63,283 bases of DNA from Obrimoposthia wandeli (lineage: Eukaryota). The position numbers and the translations under genes were made by a program. The notes beneath the pieces were generated by a model. The model ran no database searches. It saw nothing but the letters and a program-made list of their open reading frames with translations, and was not told where the DNA came from. Below are positions 21,623-31,596 of the stretch, piece by piece. The stretch is taken from NCBI GenBank assembly GCA_977020255.1, contig CDROCS010002422.1, positions 372,001 through 435,283 of the forward strand, read 5' to 3'. Numbering within the stretch: position 1 is the stretch's first letter; each line of letters begins with the position of its first letter.

Positions 21623-22521
21623 TGATTCGCTTCACTACTCGCCAATGCAAGCTGCGGGTAAAACGCGGTAATTAACCGTTCTACAGCCAATCCAACGCGT
21701 GGCCCAAAGCCCAGCATTAACATGCCATCCATCACCACAAGCCGCTTATTTTTCGCCGCTGGGGTGAGTTTAAAACCAGGCTGCTCGAAAATATCACTAC
21801 TAGCGCTGTGATCACCACCACGGTTCATCATGAGTACTATATCCGGTGCCGCGCCAATAATAGCTTCTGCTGACATTGGTTTATAACTGCTAAACCCTTG
21901 TGCAGCGTTAACCCCGCCCGCTAGTTTTATAATGGCATCGGCCATCGTTTCACTACCAGAAACAAGTGGACTGCCAGATTTCGCACTCAGTACAAACAAC
22001 ACTTTAACCGGTGTTTTAACATTTTTAAGGGCTTTTTGTGCCTGCTTTACCTGACTCTCTACTTTAGCCCAAAGCGCCGCACCTTGCGCTTCAACATGCA
22101 GTAATTTAGCCACGCCTGTTATCTTCTCTTTCACTACGCTCAGTTCCGGCTTAGCACTGTATCTTTTGATTATTACTCCGGCTTCTTCAATTTGCGTAAG
22201 GATTTTATCAGGCCCTGAATCTTGTGTTGCTATCAACACCTGAGGAGAAAGCGATAACACGCCCTCAGCTGAAATATTACGCTTATAACCTATCTGCGGC
22301 AATTTAGTGGCTTCTTGCGGATAACCTGAAGTGGTATCGACTCCAACCAACAAATATTGCTGTTTTAAGGCATAGACGATTTCAGTGAGCGAGCCATCCG
22401 CAGAGACTATTTTTTGAGGGCTGCTTGTTTGCACATCACTCGTTGCTGCAAGCACTGGCAAACTCGTTGCACTGCACAACAGCACTAAGCTTGAAAGGAG
22501 CGCCTTGCTAATCTTTTTCAT
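21619..22521 (-). CDS. hmuT: Periplasmic haem-binding protein
   Basis: GSLTEIVYAL, VGVDTTS, IGYKR (haem Tyr), LGFGPR. ATG 22521 overlaps the hmuS stop. Confidence 0.9.
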   Translation of the reverse strand: MKKISKALLSSLVLLCSATSLPVLAATSDVQTSSPQKIVSADGSLTEIVYALKQQYLLVGVDTTSGYPQEATKLPQIGYKRNISAEGVLSLSPQVLIATQDSGPDKILTQIEEAGVIIKRYSAKPELSVVKEKITGVAKLLHVEAQGAALWAKVESQVKQAQKALKNVKTPVKVLFVLSAKSGSPLVSGSETMADAIIKLAGGVNAAQGFSSYKPMSAEAIIGAAPDIVLMMNRGGDHSASSDIFEQPGFKLTPAAKNKRLVVMDGMLMLGFGPRVGLAVERLITAFYPQLALASSEANQ

Positions 22522-23615
22522 GCGACGGCTGCCTGCACAAGCAAACCTTCTGCAAGGCTCCTCCACTGAACATTTTCAGGCTCGCCTTCAACACGCTGTC
22601 CAAAGAACTGAGCAATCGTTTCACCTGCCTCATCGTATAACTCTAATGAAGTAACATGCCCGTCAGCATTTGGCTTACGGATTACCCATGCACTAGCTAC
22701 ATTGGCCTCTAACAAGTGTAAGTTAAATTCAGGATCTAAAATATTTAACCAGGGCCCCACTCTTTTTACGCTGTTAATTGGCCCTGTATGAATTTGAATA
22801 TTGCCTTTATTACCCACAAAACACATGATTGATAAATCTGTTTGCGCAATAGCGCTTAACAAACTCTCTAATTGTGATGGATCAAACTGCTGCGCTAGCG
22901 GCTCACCGACTAATGCAAACGATTGCTCACGGCTGATTTTGTGCTTTTTCAACATACCAAAAAACTGGTGTACATTGGTCATGCTTTCCCATTCACTAAT
23001 CAAAGCTTCTTTATCCACTGCTGCAGAATCAGCATAATCTTCAGCGTCTACTGATAAATCGAAACTCGCAGGCTGGTTATATTTTCCACGATGCTTCTCA
23101 ACAATTGCTTGATAAGCTGAAAAGTTACTTTCACCTTGAAGAAATATTTTTTGAATGGAAATGCCCGCTTTATCAAAGAATTGCAGGCTGTATCTAAAGC
23201 CGTCGCCTATCGCTTCTTGCACGGCAAAGCCTGTTGCCCAACGGCTCACTATAATACGTAAATCGATTTTACGATCATCAGATATCACCAGCCCCATAGG
23301 ACCTTTCACGCTCACATTTTCATAACAACCTTTACGCTCATGCACTGCGCTGCCGTTACGGGTAAGCGTCATGATGTAACCTAAGCTTGCAAGCTGATTG
23401 ATAATATCTGCAAATTTATCGTTAAGGCGAACACTGCGCAATCCACACTGCGCATCAATTAAAGCGGCTTCTGGTACATCTAATTGCAACGCAGCATCGC
23501 GTCTACGCAATTTAGGGTTTTGTTCATGCAGTTCGTCAAAACGAATTTGTAAGGCGCCCGCAGTTAATGGTTCTTGCATTGCTGGACTGGCAAATAAACT
23601 AGTTAATGTTTCCAT
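22518..23615 (-). CDS. hmuS: Haem-degrading/shuttle protein HmuS/HemS
   Basis: TRNGSAVHE, HQFFGML, CFVGNKGNIQIHTG, FNLHL. Likely start is ATG 23615. Confidence 0.93.
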   Translation of the reverse strand: METLTSLFASPAMQEPLTAGALQIRFDELHEQNPKLRRRDAALQLDVPEAALIDAQCGLRSVRLNDKFADIINQLASLGYIMTLTRNGSAVHERKGCYENVSVKGPMGLVISDDRKIDLRIIVSRWATGFAVQEAIGDGFRYSLQFFDKAGISIQKIFLQGESNFSAYQAIVEKHRGKYNQPASFDLSVDAEDYADSAAVDKEALISEWESMTNVHQFFGMLKKHKISREQSFALVGEPLAQQFDPSQLESLLSAIAQTDLSIMCFVGNKGNIQIHTGPINSVKRVGPWLNILDPEFNLHLLEANVASAWVIRKPNADGHVTSLELYDEAGETIAQFFGQRVEGEPENVQWRSLAEGLLVQAAVA

Positions 23616-23813
23616 TTTTTTCTCCAATGATTTATTACCGAAAAACTGCCAAAGGCAGTTTTGTGTATAAGAGTTCTTTTTAAGCGCCTGTTTTTGACAA
23701 TAAAACAAATACTTAACCCCTGAATTTTAGCGCTAGAGTTGGCTTATTAAATGGCAATTCTAATACTTGATAGCGTTCAAGGAGGAAGGACCTTGCAAAT
23801 TTTTCAGTGTAAA

Positions 23814-25700
23814 TTAGAATCGACCTGTTAACGCTAAACGAAATTCTCGACCAACATAAACAGCTTCTGGTCCGTCAAACACTTGCCTATCCATTAAGTT
23901 TTTAACCGAAGCAGAAACGTCAATATTTTTAGATAAGCTTTTAACGAAACCTAAGTTAACCACGCCATGGCCTGCAATTTGTGTAGTATTAGCTGCATCG
24001 GTATATTGTGCACTTACCCCTTTTATAGAAAGCGAAGCGCTAGCATCTATTGCACTTAAACGCTGTGTATACTTCAAATTAGCTGTATGGTTGGGTCTTT
24101 TTGTCAATTCTTTACCTGCATTAGTGCCACTGCTATTTTCGGTATCAAGATAGGTATAGTTAAAAGAAAGATTAGCAGTATTATTCACTTTCCAAGTGAC
24201 AGAGCTTTCTATCCCTCTAATTTTGGCTTCGTCTACATTGTTATATACAACCAGTGTATTAGCCCCTGTCACATTGCTGGTGGTAGCAATGAGATCCGTA
24301 ATATCAGAATTAAACACAGCAACTGAGCCTGATACATTTTCATTATCATAGGCCGCACTAATTTCATAAGTTTTACTGTTTTCAGGTTTTAAATCATCAT
24401 TACCTTGATAGGTTCTAGTTGGACCCGCTGGAATAATGTATAAAGCAGACCCCTCGCGAATAGCAGGAGAAATTCGACCTTCTGAATAGCCTGCTTTGAC
24501 ACTCCACTGCTCATCTACACTCCAATTCCAATAAGCCTTAGGACTAACCTTACCGCCATATTTATTATGGTCCTCATAGGAAAAACCTAAAGTTAGAGAG
24601 TGATCGTCATTTAAATCAATTCTATCTTGCGCAAACCCAGTGATAGATTTAAAAGTATCTGCAAAGTTTTTATCATAACGATGTGCTTTTTCTTCACGAT
24701 AGCCTAGGCCTGCACTTAAGTATTGCTGATCCGTTACGGCACCATCGATATCAAAATTGATATTATTATCATCAATCTCCCAATCTTGAGTCCCTTCCTT
24801 AACGGTCGTGTTACCTAGCGAGAGCGAGTACGTAGCATTGAAATCACCGATTTTGCTATTATATTGCGCAGAGTATAGCTGTTTGATTTGATTTACTTCT
24901 TTAACTGACACTCCTCTAGACGGCACATCTATGTCCTCAGCAACTTCTTCGCCGTAGAGTAAGTCAATTGCTAAGCTATCCTCTTCATTTACCGCCACAT
25001 CAAATCCTAGCTGCGTGTTAGTCACTCTTCTTTTAGAGCGTATTGACAAACCATCATCACCTAAAACGGCATCATCATCCTGATGATCTACGGAAAAAGT
25101 CACGCCTACTTTTTCGTTGACTGTTCCTCTTGTGGAGATATTAATACCTGATCCGTTACCCCCCTCTTGTTTAACTGAACGCCCATCAACAGTGACACTG
25201 CTCTGCCATTGTTCAGTTGCTTTTTTGGTGATGATGTTAATCACCCCTGATAATGCATCTGCGCCATACAAACTTGAAGCAGCGCCACGAATCACTTCAA
25301 TTCTCTCAATATTTTCAATCGCCACCCAGCGATTACGATTAGAAGGGCTAGAGGAAATGTTACGCTCTGTATTAGGTACGCGCTTACCATCGATTAAAAT
25401 CAACGCATATTCAGCGGCCATGCCGCGAATTCTAATATCCTCACCACCATTACCACCTGTAATACCAATAGCAACACCTGGTAAACCTTCTAACGCCTGC
25501 GCTACTGTTGTGGCACCGCTGGCTTTAATTTCTTCGCTTGTTACCACGCTAACTGAACCTGAATATTCTTGTGCGCTGATCGGTGCTTTTGCCGAAATAA
25601 AAACAGTATCTTGTTGGGTTTCTTCAGCTAAAACAACGCATGAACTGCCAAGAGCAAGCGCTCCACCAGCAATAAGCAAAGGAGATATAGAGAGTTTCAT
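23814..25700 (-). CDS. TonB-dependent outer-membrane receptor (CirA/IrgA-like), within haem operon
   Basis: Signal peptide, plug LILIDG...IERIEVIRGAASSLYGADALSGVINIITK, C-terminal Phe. Confidence 0.92.
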   Translation of the reverse strand: MKLSISPLLIAGGALALGSSCVVLAEETQQDTVFISAKAPISAQEYSGSVSVVTSEEIKASGATTVAQALEGLPGVAIGITGGNGGEDIRIRGMAAEYALILIDGKRVPNTERNISSSPSNRNRWVAIENIERIEVIRGAASSLYGADALSGVINIITKKATEQWQSSVTVDGRSVKQEGGNGSGINISTRGTVNEKVGVTFSVDHQDDDAVLGDDGLSIRSKRRVTNTQLGFDVAVNEEDSLAIDLLYGEEVAEDIDVPSRGVSVKEVNQIKQLYSAQYNSKIGDFNATYSLSLGNTTVKEGTQDWEIDDNNINFDIDGAVTDQQYLSAGLGYREEKAHRYDKNFADTFKSITGFAQDRIDLNDDHSLTLGFSYEDHNKYGGKVSPKAYWNWSVDEQWSVKAGYSEGRISPAIREGSALYIIPAGPTRTYQGNDDLKPENSKTYEISAAYDNENVSGSVAVFNSDITDLIATTSNVTGANTLVVYNNVDEAKIRGIESSVTWKVNNTANLSFNYTYLDTENSSGTNAGKELTKRPNHTANLKYTQRLSAIDASASLSIKGVSAQYTDAANTTQIAGHGVVNLGFVKSLSKNIDVSASVKNLMDRQVFDGPEAVYVGREFRLALTGRF

Positions 25701-25939
25701 TTTACAACCTGTTAGTTATGTCTGCTCTTTAGAGCATTTTTAGTTTGCTTGCGCACGCATGACCACAGGCCCAATAAACATTATGGACTCACTCTTGGTC
25801 TCGTACTGCAAGTTGCACTAACTGGCTGCCGTCAGGTGGCTATTTTAGGCAAGGAGAATATTTCTAAGCAGATATTTTAAACTTAACTGCTGTTTCGATT
25901 TTGTTTCAACTTTTCTTTAATACTAATAAATCAACCTAA

Positions 25940-26092
25940 TCACTTGGTAAGTATTAGCTTTCCATTACGCGTTATACGCAATATATAGCGTTGCTCACTA
26001 TGAAATATAATCAGCTCTTTTTTGCCTTGCATTAACTTCTCAGTAGAAATTATCTGCTCAGCACGAAAATCGGGTACGTTGGATGGGGGCAT
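25940..26092 (-). CDS. hemP: Haemin uptake protein HemP/HmuP (50 aa)
   Basis: Manual translation MPPSNVPDFRAEQIISTEKLMQGKKELIIFHSEQRYILRITRNGKLILTK carries the HemP signature Y-x-LRxTRNGKLILTK. It heads the hmu operon. Confidence 0.93.
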   Translation of the reverse strand: MPPSNVPDFRAEQIISTEKLMQGKKELIIFHSEQRYILRITRNGKLILTK

Positions 26093-26106
26093 TTTTCTTA
26101 ACTACC

Positions 26107-26131
26107 AATCTAAATGATAATGATTTGTATT
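26107..26131. promoter_or_regulatory. Fur-box-like site upstream of hemP
   Basis: AATCTAAATGATAATGATTTGTATT contains a perfect GATAATGAT half-site, 15 bp upstream of the hemP ATG. Confidence 0.8.
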
Positions 26132-26496
26132 TAATCATTAATTCTCATCATCATCAAGTGCTTTTTGTTATCTTTTTAAAATATAGATTAATTTAGGCAT
26201 GAAGGGATCAAGAAGTGTTCATTATTACCGGCGATAGCTCTTTATTCCCTATCTCTCGCCTGCATTGCGATCTTTATTACCTCTTATAAAATGGCGAGCT
26301 TTACAATCTCTTTAGGGTTAAAGAAAAGGCATAAAACCAATGTCATTTCTAAAATGCTGTTAAAAGGGGCTTACTTATTCTAGCTAAACTTTTAAAAGTG
26401 GCGCAATATCAAATGAATAGCAGTTATAAATAATGAATTTCGAGAAAATTTTATTTATATGAATACCCATTCCCATTTTTCTTAGGAGATGCTTTC

Positions 26497-26814
26497 TTGA
26501 AATCATACTTAATTTTAGATTTCACAATCACTAATTTACCTGCCTTTATGGAGTACGTTCAAAAAATACCTGCATATCTTAGCAAGCATGCTGGCCGCTA
26601 TTTGGTAGAGGGAGTGTCGCCTGACATTTTAGAAGGCGATTGGCAGCCAAAAACTATCGTAGTGCTGGAGTTCGAGACACCAGAGAACGTAAACAATTTC
26701 CTCTGTGATCCTCAGGTAAAACAATTATTTGACATTCGTCATAAAAATACCAAGAGCAATCTTATAAAAGTCAATGGTGGGTCATGGAGAGATGAGCTAC
26801 CTTCAAACCTGTAG
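26497..26814 (+). CDS. DUF1330 family protein
   Basis: Y...V...L.KHAGRYLV.G....LEGDWQP..IVVLEF pattern, with AGGAG RBS. Confidence 0.85.
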   Translation: MKSYLILDFTITNLPAFMEYVQKIPAYLSKHAGRYLVEGVSPDILEGDWQPKTIVVLEFETPENVNNFLCDPQVKQLFDIRHKNTKSNLIKVNGGSWRDELPSNL

Positions 26815-26838
26815 AGATAAACAGCCATTGGGTCATTT

Positions 26839-26961
26839 AATCAACCTCATAAGCACTTGGTGTGGATGAACTACCATGGTGTATGTTGGGTTTAGCCATT
26901 ATTGATCCTAGTAAAATTCTTTGGCGCTATGGCCAAAACATACAAGTTTAAGAGGTTATAT
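26839..26961 (+). repeat. attC-like imperfect palindrome
   Basis: AATCAAC-CTCATAAGCACTTG ... CAAGTTTAAGAG-GTTATAT, with extra unpaired bases on the left arm. It begins 24 bp after the DUF1330 stop. Confidence 0.55.
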
Positions 26962-26991
26962 ATAAGCGTAAAAATGAATTGATAAGCTTGA

Positions 26992-27345
26992 TTATTTTGC
27001 TAATGTGCGATTTTTCAGTTCTGGTTTTTTGTGTTTATTCATAAATCTTTTCTGACACATATTCTCTATTCTTTTATTGTAAATTGACCCGCCACCCTGT
27101 GGGCTGGCAGCAGAAGCCAACATCTCATCTTGAGCTGATTTAAATCCTTTAACAAAGCCCTCAGTAAACCCTTGTTGATACGCTGTTTCAGCACTTTCGG
27201 TACGTTCTTTTATAATGTTTTGCCTACAAACCCTGTCAGCTAATCTAAGCTGTTGGTTTAAACTTTGTTTGTTTTCGTGCGCTAATACTTGGCATGGCAG
27301 TGTTGGGATTATGATTAAGCAAAATATGGATATGTATTCTTTCAT
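26992..27345 (-). CDS. Hypothetical exported protein
   Basis: Signal-peptide-like N-terminus, AGGAG RBS overlapping the upstream gene end. Confidence 0.65.
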   Translation of the reverse strand: MKEYISIFCLIIIPTLPCQVLAHENKQSLNQQLRLADRVCRQNIIKERTESAETAYQQGFTEGFVKGFKSAQDEMLASAASPQGGGSIYNKRIENMCQKRFMNKHKKPELKNRTLAK

Positions 27346-27365
27346 GACAAACTCCTTTAAGCCTA

Positions 27366-28028
27366 TTAATGCTGGCCTTCACTTTGCTTCTTGCCAAGCG
27401 CCTGCTTTGCCTTTTCCAATATTTGTTCTTTAGAAGGCGCACTTATACGAAGCTTGGGCGAATAAACATAAGAACTTGAATCATCAACACCGATGACCTG
27501 CGACGCTAAATTTAAGTTGGGTATTGTCATCAAGCAAACACCAAAAAAAGCTAAAACGAGCCCCGGAGATGAGGTTGCTAAAGATATTTTTACCCCCCCA
27601 CTTTCTCCTCTTCCTTCAAACTTAGGCGCTTTAACTTGCCCAAGAACAAAGCCACTGCCAATCACTATCAATATCGATCCAAATAGCATACTCATAAAGC
27701 GTAGCCAAGTTCTTGTAGCGATGGCTGTTTTAGAGCGTTCGTGGCGAATCATCATCACATCATGCTCTAATAATACTCGTGTCAAAAGATCCAAGTCTTT
27801 AAATTCTTGCTCATTATTATTGATACTTTTAATTAGCTTTGAATCAAAATTATTAAGCTTAATATCCCCCTCATTTACCCTACCTTCTATCGTTGTTAGT
27901 ATTTCATCAAGCTTGTTATAGCTTTCGAAAATAAAATATGAGGAAGGCAGTACCAATAAAATAAATAACAATAAAAAGATATTTCTAGAGATACTTGAAT
28001 TTTGAGAAGCGCTCTCTAAATCAGACAT
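27366..28028 (-). CDS. Hypothetical membrane protein (3 TM)
   Basis: 220 aa ORF with TM, coiled region and two TM helices around SLATSSPGLVLAFFG. Confidence 0.75.
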   Translation of the reverse strand: MSDLESASQNSSISRNIFLLLFILLVLPSSYFIFESYNKLDEILTTIEGRVNEGDIKLNNFDSKLIKSINNNEQEFKDLDLLTRVLLEHDVMMIRHERSKTAIATRTWLRFMSMLFGSILIVIGSGFVLGQVKAPKFEGRGESGGVKISLATSSPGLVLAFFGVCLMTIPNLNLASQVIGVDDSSSYVYSPKLRISAPSKEQILEKAKQALGKKQSEGQH

Positions 28029-28429
28029 AGTTAAATCTCGTATGAATAATGATATAAAACATATAACGTACTCATAATATGACAGCCATTGCGCTAATTT
28101 CCGGCACTTTGATATCCATGTAATAAACCACTGCCTAAATTAGCTGCTGGTTGCTGGCATAATCTCTCACTTGAATATCGATCTGTAATGCATTTATATC
28201 AATTAACAAGCTGAGCACCCTTTGGTATTTTGGCACCGTAACCAGACTAGGTCTGCAGAGCACAATTTGTACAAGGCAATTACTTTATTTTTATATAACA
28301 TGTTGATTACAAATAAAAATAATTCATGGCCAATAACTCAAGCATGGAAACTTACTTTGTTAATTTCAATAGACCATTGCAACCGCATGACGATACAACA
28401 ACGCTTATAGCGAAAACTAAATTCTCAAC

Positions 28430-29659
28430 CTACAGCTGTCGCAACCAATAACTAGCAAGCTGATTGCTTGGATCAATGCGCATTACATTATTTAAATGCT
28501 CCTTTGCGATGGCGAACTTTTGCAAGTTGGCGCTACTCACGCCTAATATCAACTGTACTTCTTTTCCTTTGGCTAATTTTTGCTGCTTAATGGCCAGTGC
28601 ACTCTTGTAAGCAAGCTGCCATTTTTTGAGTTTAAAATAGAGCTTGGCGCGCATTTGCTCTATTGAAAACAGCTCATTGCTTTGCTGATTATTTTGTATG
28701 CTCGTAAGCGCCGCTTCATAAGCTTTGGCTTTACTAAAAAAGCCCACCATTAGCTGAGTGGCTTTGATATCGGCAACAATATACTTATCTTGCACTGCTG
28801 TTTGTAGTACTTGTGCCGCCTGCATATAGTTACCTTGCTTAGCGAGGCTTTTTGCCAGCCATAAAATATGTGCCTTGTTGGTGAGTATTCCTAAAGAAAA
28901 TGCACTGTATAGTAATGCCGTTGACCGCTCGGGCGCTGCAGCTCTATGTAAACCTGCCAATTTAAGCCAATAACTTACGGTATTGGGATACTTTTCAATT
29001 AATAGCGTTAGCAGCTGCTTGTGCTGTTCGCTATTTTGTAGTTTTTCTTCGTAGCTGAGTAATCTTTTATACCAAATATGTGGGGGTTGTGGCGTGAGCT
29101 TGATTGCGGTTAGCAACGCTTTTCTAGCGAGCTTCCATTTCTCTTGCTGGCGATAAGCATCGCTTATCAAGAGATAGTCTTCTGCTTTAGGCTTAGCTTT
29201 TTTTTCCCATTTTAGCCACCAGAAAACACTTTTTTCCCACTCTTTCACAAAGTAATTTAATTTGTGTACTTTGGCGAACAATTCAACTTTCGCCGATGAT
29301 GATAACTCATTATAACTAAGCGCTTTTTCATAAGCGGCTAACGCTTTAGGATACTCAGACTGGGTTTGGTAAATAGAGCCTAACATTTGCAGGCTAAGCG
29401 CTTTAGCTAGCTTAGAAACCTTTTTTTGATTAAAGGCTAATAACTGCTCTAGCGCATTTTCAAGCTTATCTGCGGTGACGGTTTGCTGCGCTTTTTTGAG
29501 CACTGCAAGCTCAGTTTTTGACAAGTACATCAGCGTTGCTTTATTACTCTTTGCCCACAGGTTGCCGGATTGGAGAAAAGCAATTACCAGTATTAGCGCG
29601 CACACTTTGTAAGCATTGCTAATGATTGGACTGTCTTTACAAATTTTGTACATTTTCAC
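28430..29659 (-). CDS. TPR protein of TonB operon
   Basis: Helical TPR-like repeats, last gene after tonB. Confidence 0.8.
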   Translation of the reverse strand: MKMYKICKDSPIISNAYKVCALILVIAFLQSGNLWAKSNKATLMYLSKTELAVLKKAQQTVTADKLENALEQLLAFNQKKVSKLAKALSLQMLGSIYQTQSEYPKALAAYEKALSYNELSSSAKVELFAKVHKLNYFVKEWEKSVFWWLKWEKKAKPKAEDYLLISDAYRQQEKWKLARKALLTAIKLTPQPPHIWYKRLLSYEEKLQNSEQHKQLLTLLIEKYPNTVSYWLKLAGLHRAAAPERSTALLYSAFSLGILTNKAHILWLAKSLAKQGNYMQAAQVLQTAVQDKYIVADIKATQLMVGFFSKAKAYEAALTSIQNNQQSNELFSIEQMRAKLYFKLKKWQLAYKSALAIKQQKLAKGKEVQLILGVSSANLQKFAIAKEHLNNVMRIDPSNQLASYWLRQL

Positions 29660-29680
29660 CCTTTTAGATGCAGGTAATAA

Positions 29681-30580
29681 TCAGTTTTTTTGCAGCGAGA
29701 AAACTAAGCGCTGCTGCGTTCTATACGATCGTTTATTAACCGCAAATCGCCATTTTGCGACCGCTGAGATAACGGCTTTATTAAACACTTTTGCGGGTTT
29801 TGCACTCACTATACGCAAAGTATTCTTAGCGACAGTGCCATTTTTATTAACCACAAATGCAACCGTCACCACACCTTCTACTCCTCTGCGCCTGGCACGT
29901 TTTGGGTATTTCGGCTTCACTCTACTTAAAGGCGTTGATGCAATAGATTGTGAGGAACCAGCTTGAGCACTTGAGGTAGAGTTTGTTTGTTGTATTGCTG
30001 TACCTTGCGCCATTAACCTAGTCGGTGCTGTTTTTGTTTGTGCAGTCTTAGTTGGCGTTAGCTTAGCGACCGCTTTTTTGACGGCAATCTTAGGCTGCTG
30101 CTTTTTAGGCCTTGCCACACGTTTAACTTTTTTGCGTACCGTTACTTTTTTCTCCACCGCAGCAACTGCCACGTTAGCGAGTAAATCAGTACTTTCGTCG
30201 CTATTAAATTTACTGGTTAATAACGCGTCATTTACTAATGGCTCATCTAACAAAAGATCATCCAGCAAAGGAACATCCTCAAACAGCTCGTCAGATGGAG
30301 ACTCCAAATCTGCCTGTGTTAATTCAGACATTTCTAATGCTGTTTGGGGCTCAAATTCTTGAATGCTCTCTTGTAACTGTGCCTCTTGCATCGCAGGTGG
30401 AATCTGCGCTGCTTGTTTCGCTACTGTTAACTCGCTACTATCAAACAACAGTTCGTCTTGTAAAGGTGGGCTAACAGGCTTTAATTGCGCTGTTATTCCC
30501 GCTAGCTGCACCATGAGTAACAGTAGCAAGAACATCAAAAATGCTGCCATTGGCGTTACCACAAAATATCGCATTTGCAC
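29681..30580 (-). CDS. tonB: Energy transducer TonB
   Basis: N-terminal TM and C-terminal PKYPKRARRRGVEGVVTVAFVV...F...AVAKWRF. Confidence 0.92.
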   Translation of the reverse strand: MQMRYFVVTPMAAFLMFLLLLLMVQLAGITAQLKPVSPPLQDELLFDSSELTVAKQAAQIPPAMQEAQLQESIQEFEPQTALEMSELTQADLESPSDELFEDVPLLDDLLLDEPLVNDALLTSKFNSDESTDLLANVAVAAVEKKVTVRKKVKRVARPKKQQPKIAVKKAVAKLTPTKTAQTKTAPTRLMAQGTAIQQTNSTSSAQAGSSQSIASTPLSRVKPKYPKRARRRGVEGVVTVAFVVNKNGTVAKNTLRIVSAKPAKVFNKAVISAVAKWRFAVNKRSYRTQQRLVFSLQKN

Positions 30581-30659
30581 TCCTTCATTAATTGCATGTT
30601 TCTTTTATCGCACCCATCAACTTCACGCTCAGCAATTACGCATTTTCAAGCGCATCGAA

Positions 30660-31070
30660 TTATTTGGCTTTTTGAGTCGCGACAGCAACTTGCTTTATAC
30701 CCAGTGATTTCACTAAATCTAACACGCTAATAAGATCGCCTGTTGAAGCTTCTTTATCGGCTTTAATTAATACTGATGTTATATCTTTTTGCGCTAAACT
30801 TAGCTTTAAAGCGGCGCTTAAATCGCTTATGGGCATCATTTTTTGCGCCAACCAAGCTTGATTTTTCGCATCGATCGATATCACCATAGCTTGTGAAGCT
30901 TGTACTTTGGCACTGGCAGCATTAGGGCTATTAATTGCAACTCCTTCATCACGTGTAAACGTGGTCGACACAATAAAGAAGATCAACATGATGAAAACCA
31001 CATCTAGCATCGGTGTCATATCGATGCTCGCCTCTTCTTCTTGGCCGATTAAACTTAATCTAGACCTCAT
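30660..31070 (-). CDS. exbD: ExbD/TolR
   Basis: IDMTPMLDVVFIMLIFFIV, IKADK. Confidence 0.93.
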   Translation of the reverse strand: MRSRLSLIGQEEEASIDMTPMLDVVFIMLIFFIVSTTFTRDEGVAINSPNAASAKVQASQAMVISIDAKNQAWLAQKMMPISDLSAALKLSLAQKDITSVLIKADKEASTGDLISVLDLVKSLGIKQVAVATQKAK

Positions 31071-31596
31071 GTTTATGCCCATGCCATGTTAAAGATAATT
31101 TTGTAAGTACACGGCGCTGCTTTACCACCCAACGCTGTATATAAGCGAATATAAACATAGCGCTAATCGCTATTACCATACCCGCCATTGTTGGTAAAAT
31201 AGCCTTCGCCACACCCGCTGCTAATAGCTGCGCACTGCTCACGCCTTTGAGTGCTATCACATCGAAAATCTCTATCATGCCTACCACTGTTCCCACTAAT
31301 CCCAGTAACGGACAAACGTTAATCGTGGTTCTTATTAAACTCATTGATTGCTGCAAAGCCAGCTGTGCGCTATTTTCTACTAAGGTAAAACTCGCTAAAT
31401 TTGCGGCGCTTTGACACTGCCTTAATGTTTTGGGAAATTCAAAAAACCTAAACCATAATCGAGTGAGCAACATGCAAAACAACACAAAAGCCACCAGTGT
31501 TAATACTTGCAGCACTAAGCCACCGGTTTGCAGAAATAAATTTATTTGGGTAATGGCAAGTAACTCGTCACCAATTTTTTCGACCAGACTAAACAA
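31060..31596 (-). CDS. exbB: ExbB (MotA/TolQ/ExbB)
   Basis: CPLLGLVGTVVGMI, GVAKAILPTMAG. Confidence 0.88.
   Translation of the reverse strand: MFSLVEKIGDELLAITQINLFLQTGGLVLQVLTLVAFVLFCMLLTRLWFRFFEFPKTLRQCQSAANLASFTLVENSAQLALQQSMSLIRTTINVCPLLGLVGTVVGMIEIFDVIALKGVSSAQLLAAGVAKAILPTMAGMVIAISAMFIFAYIQRWVVKQRRVLTKLSLTWHGHKHEV

Noticed and set aside
25701-25939. Cobalamin riboswitch before the TBDR
   Set aside because: No B12-box or GGGAA core is recognisable, and the context is Fur/haem.
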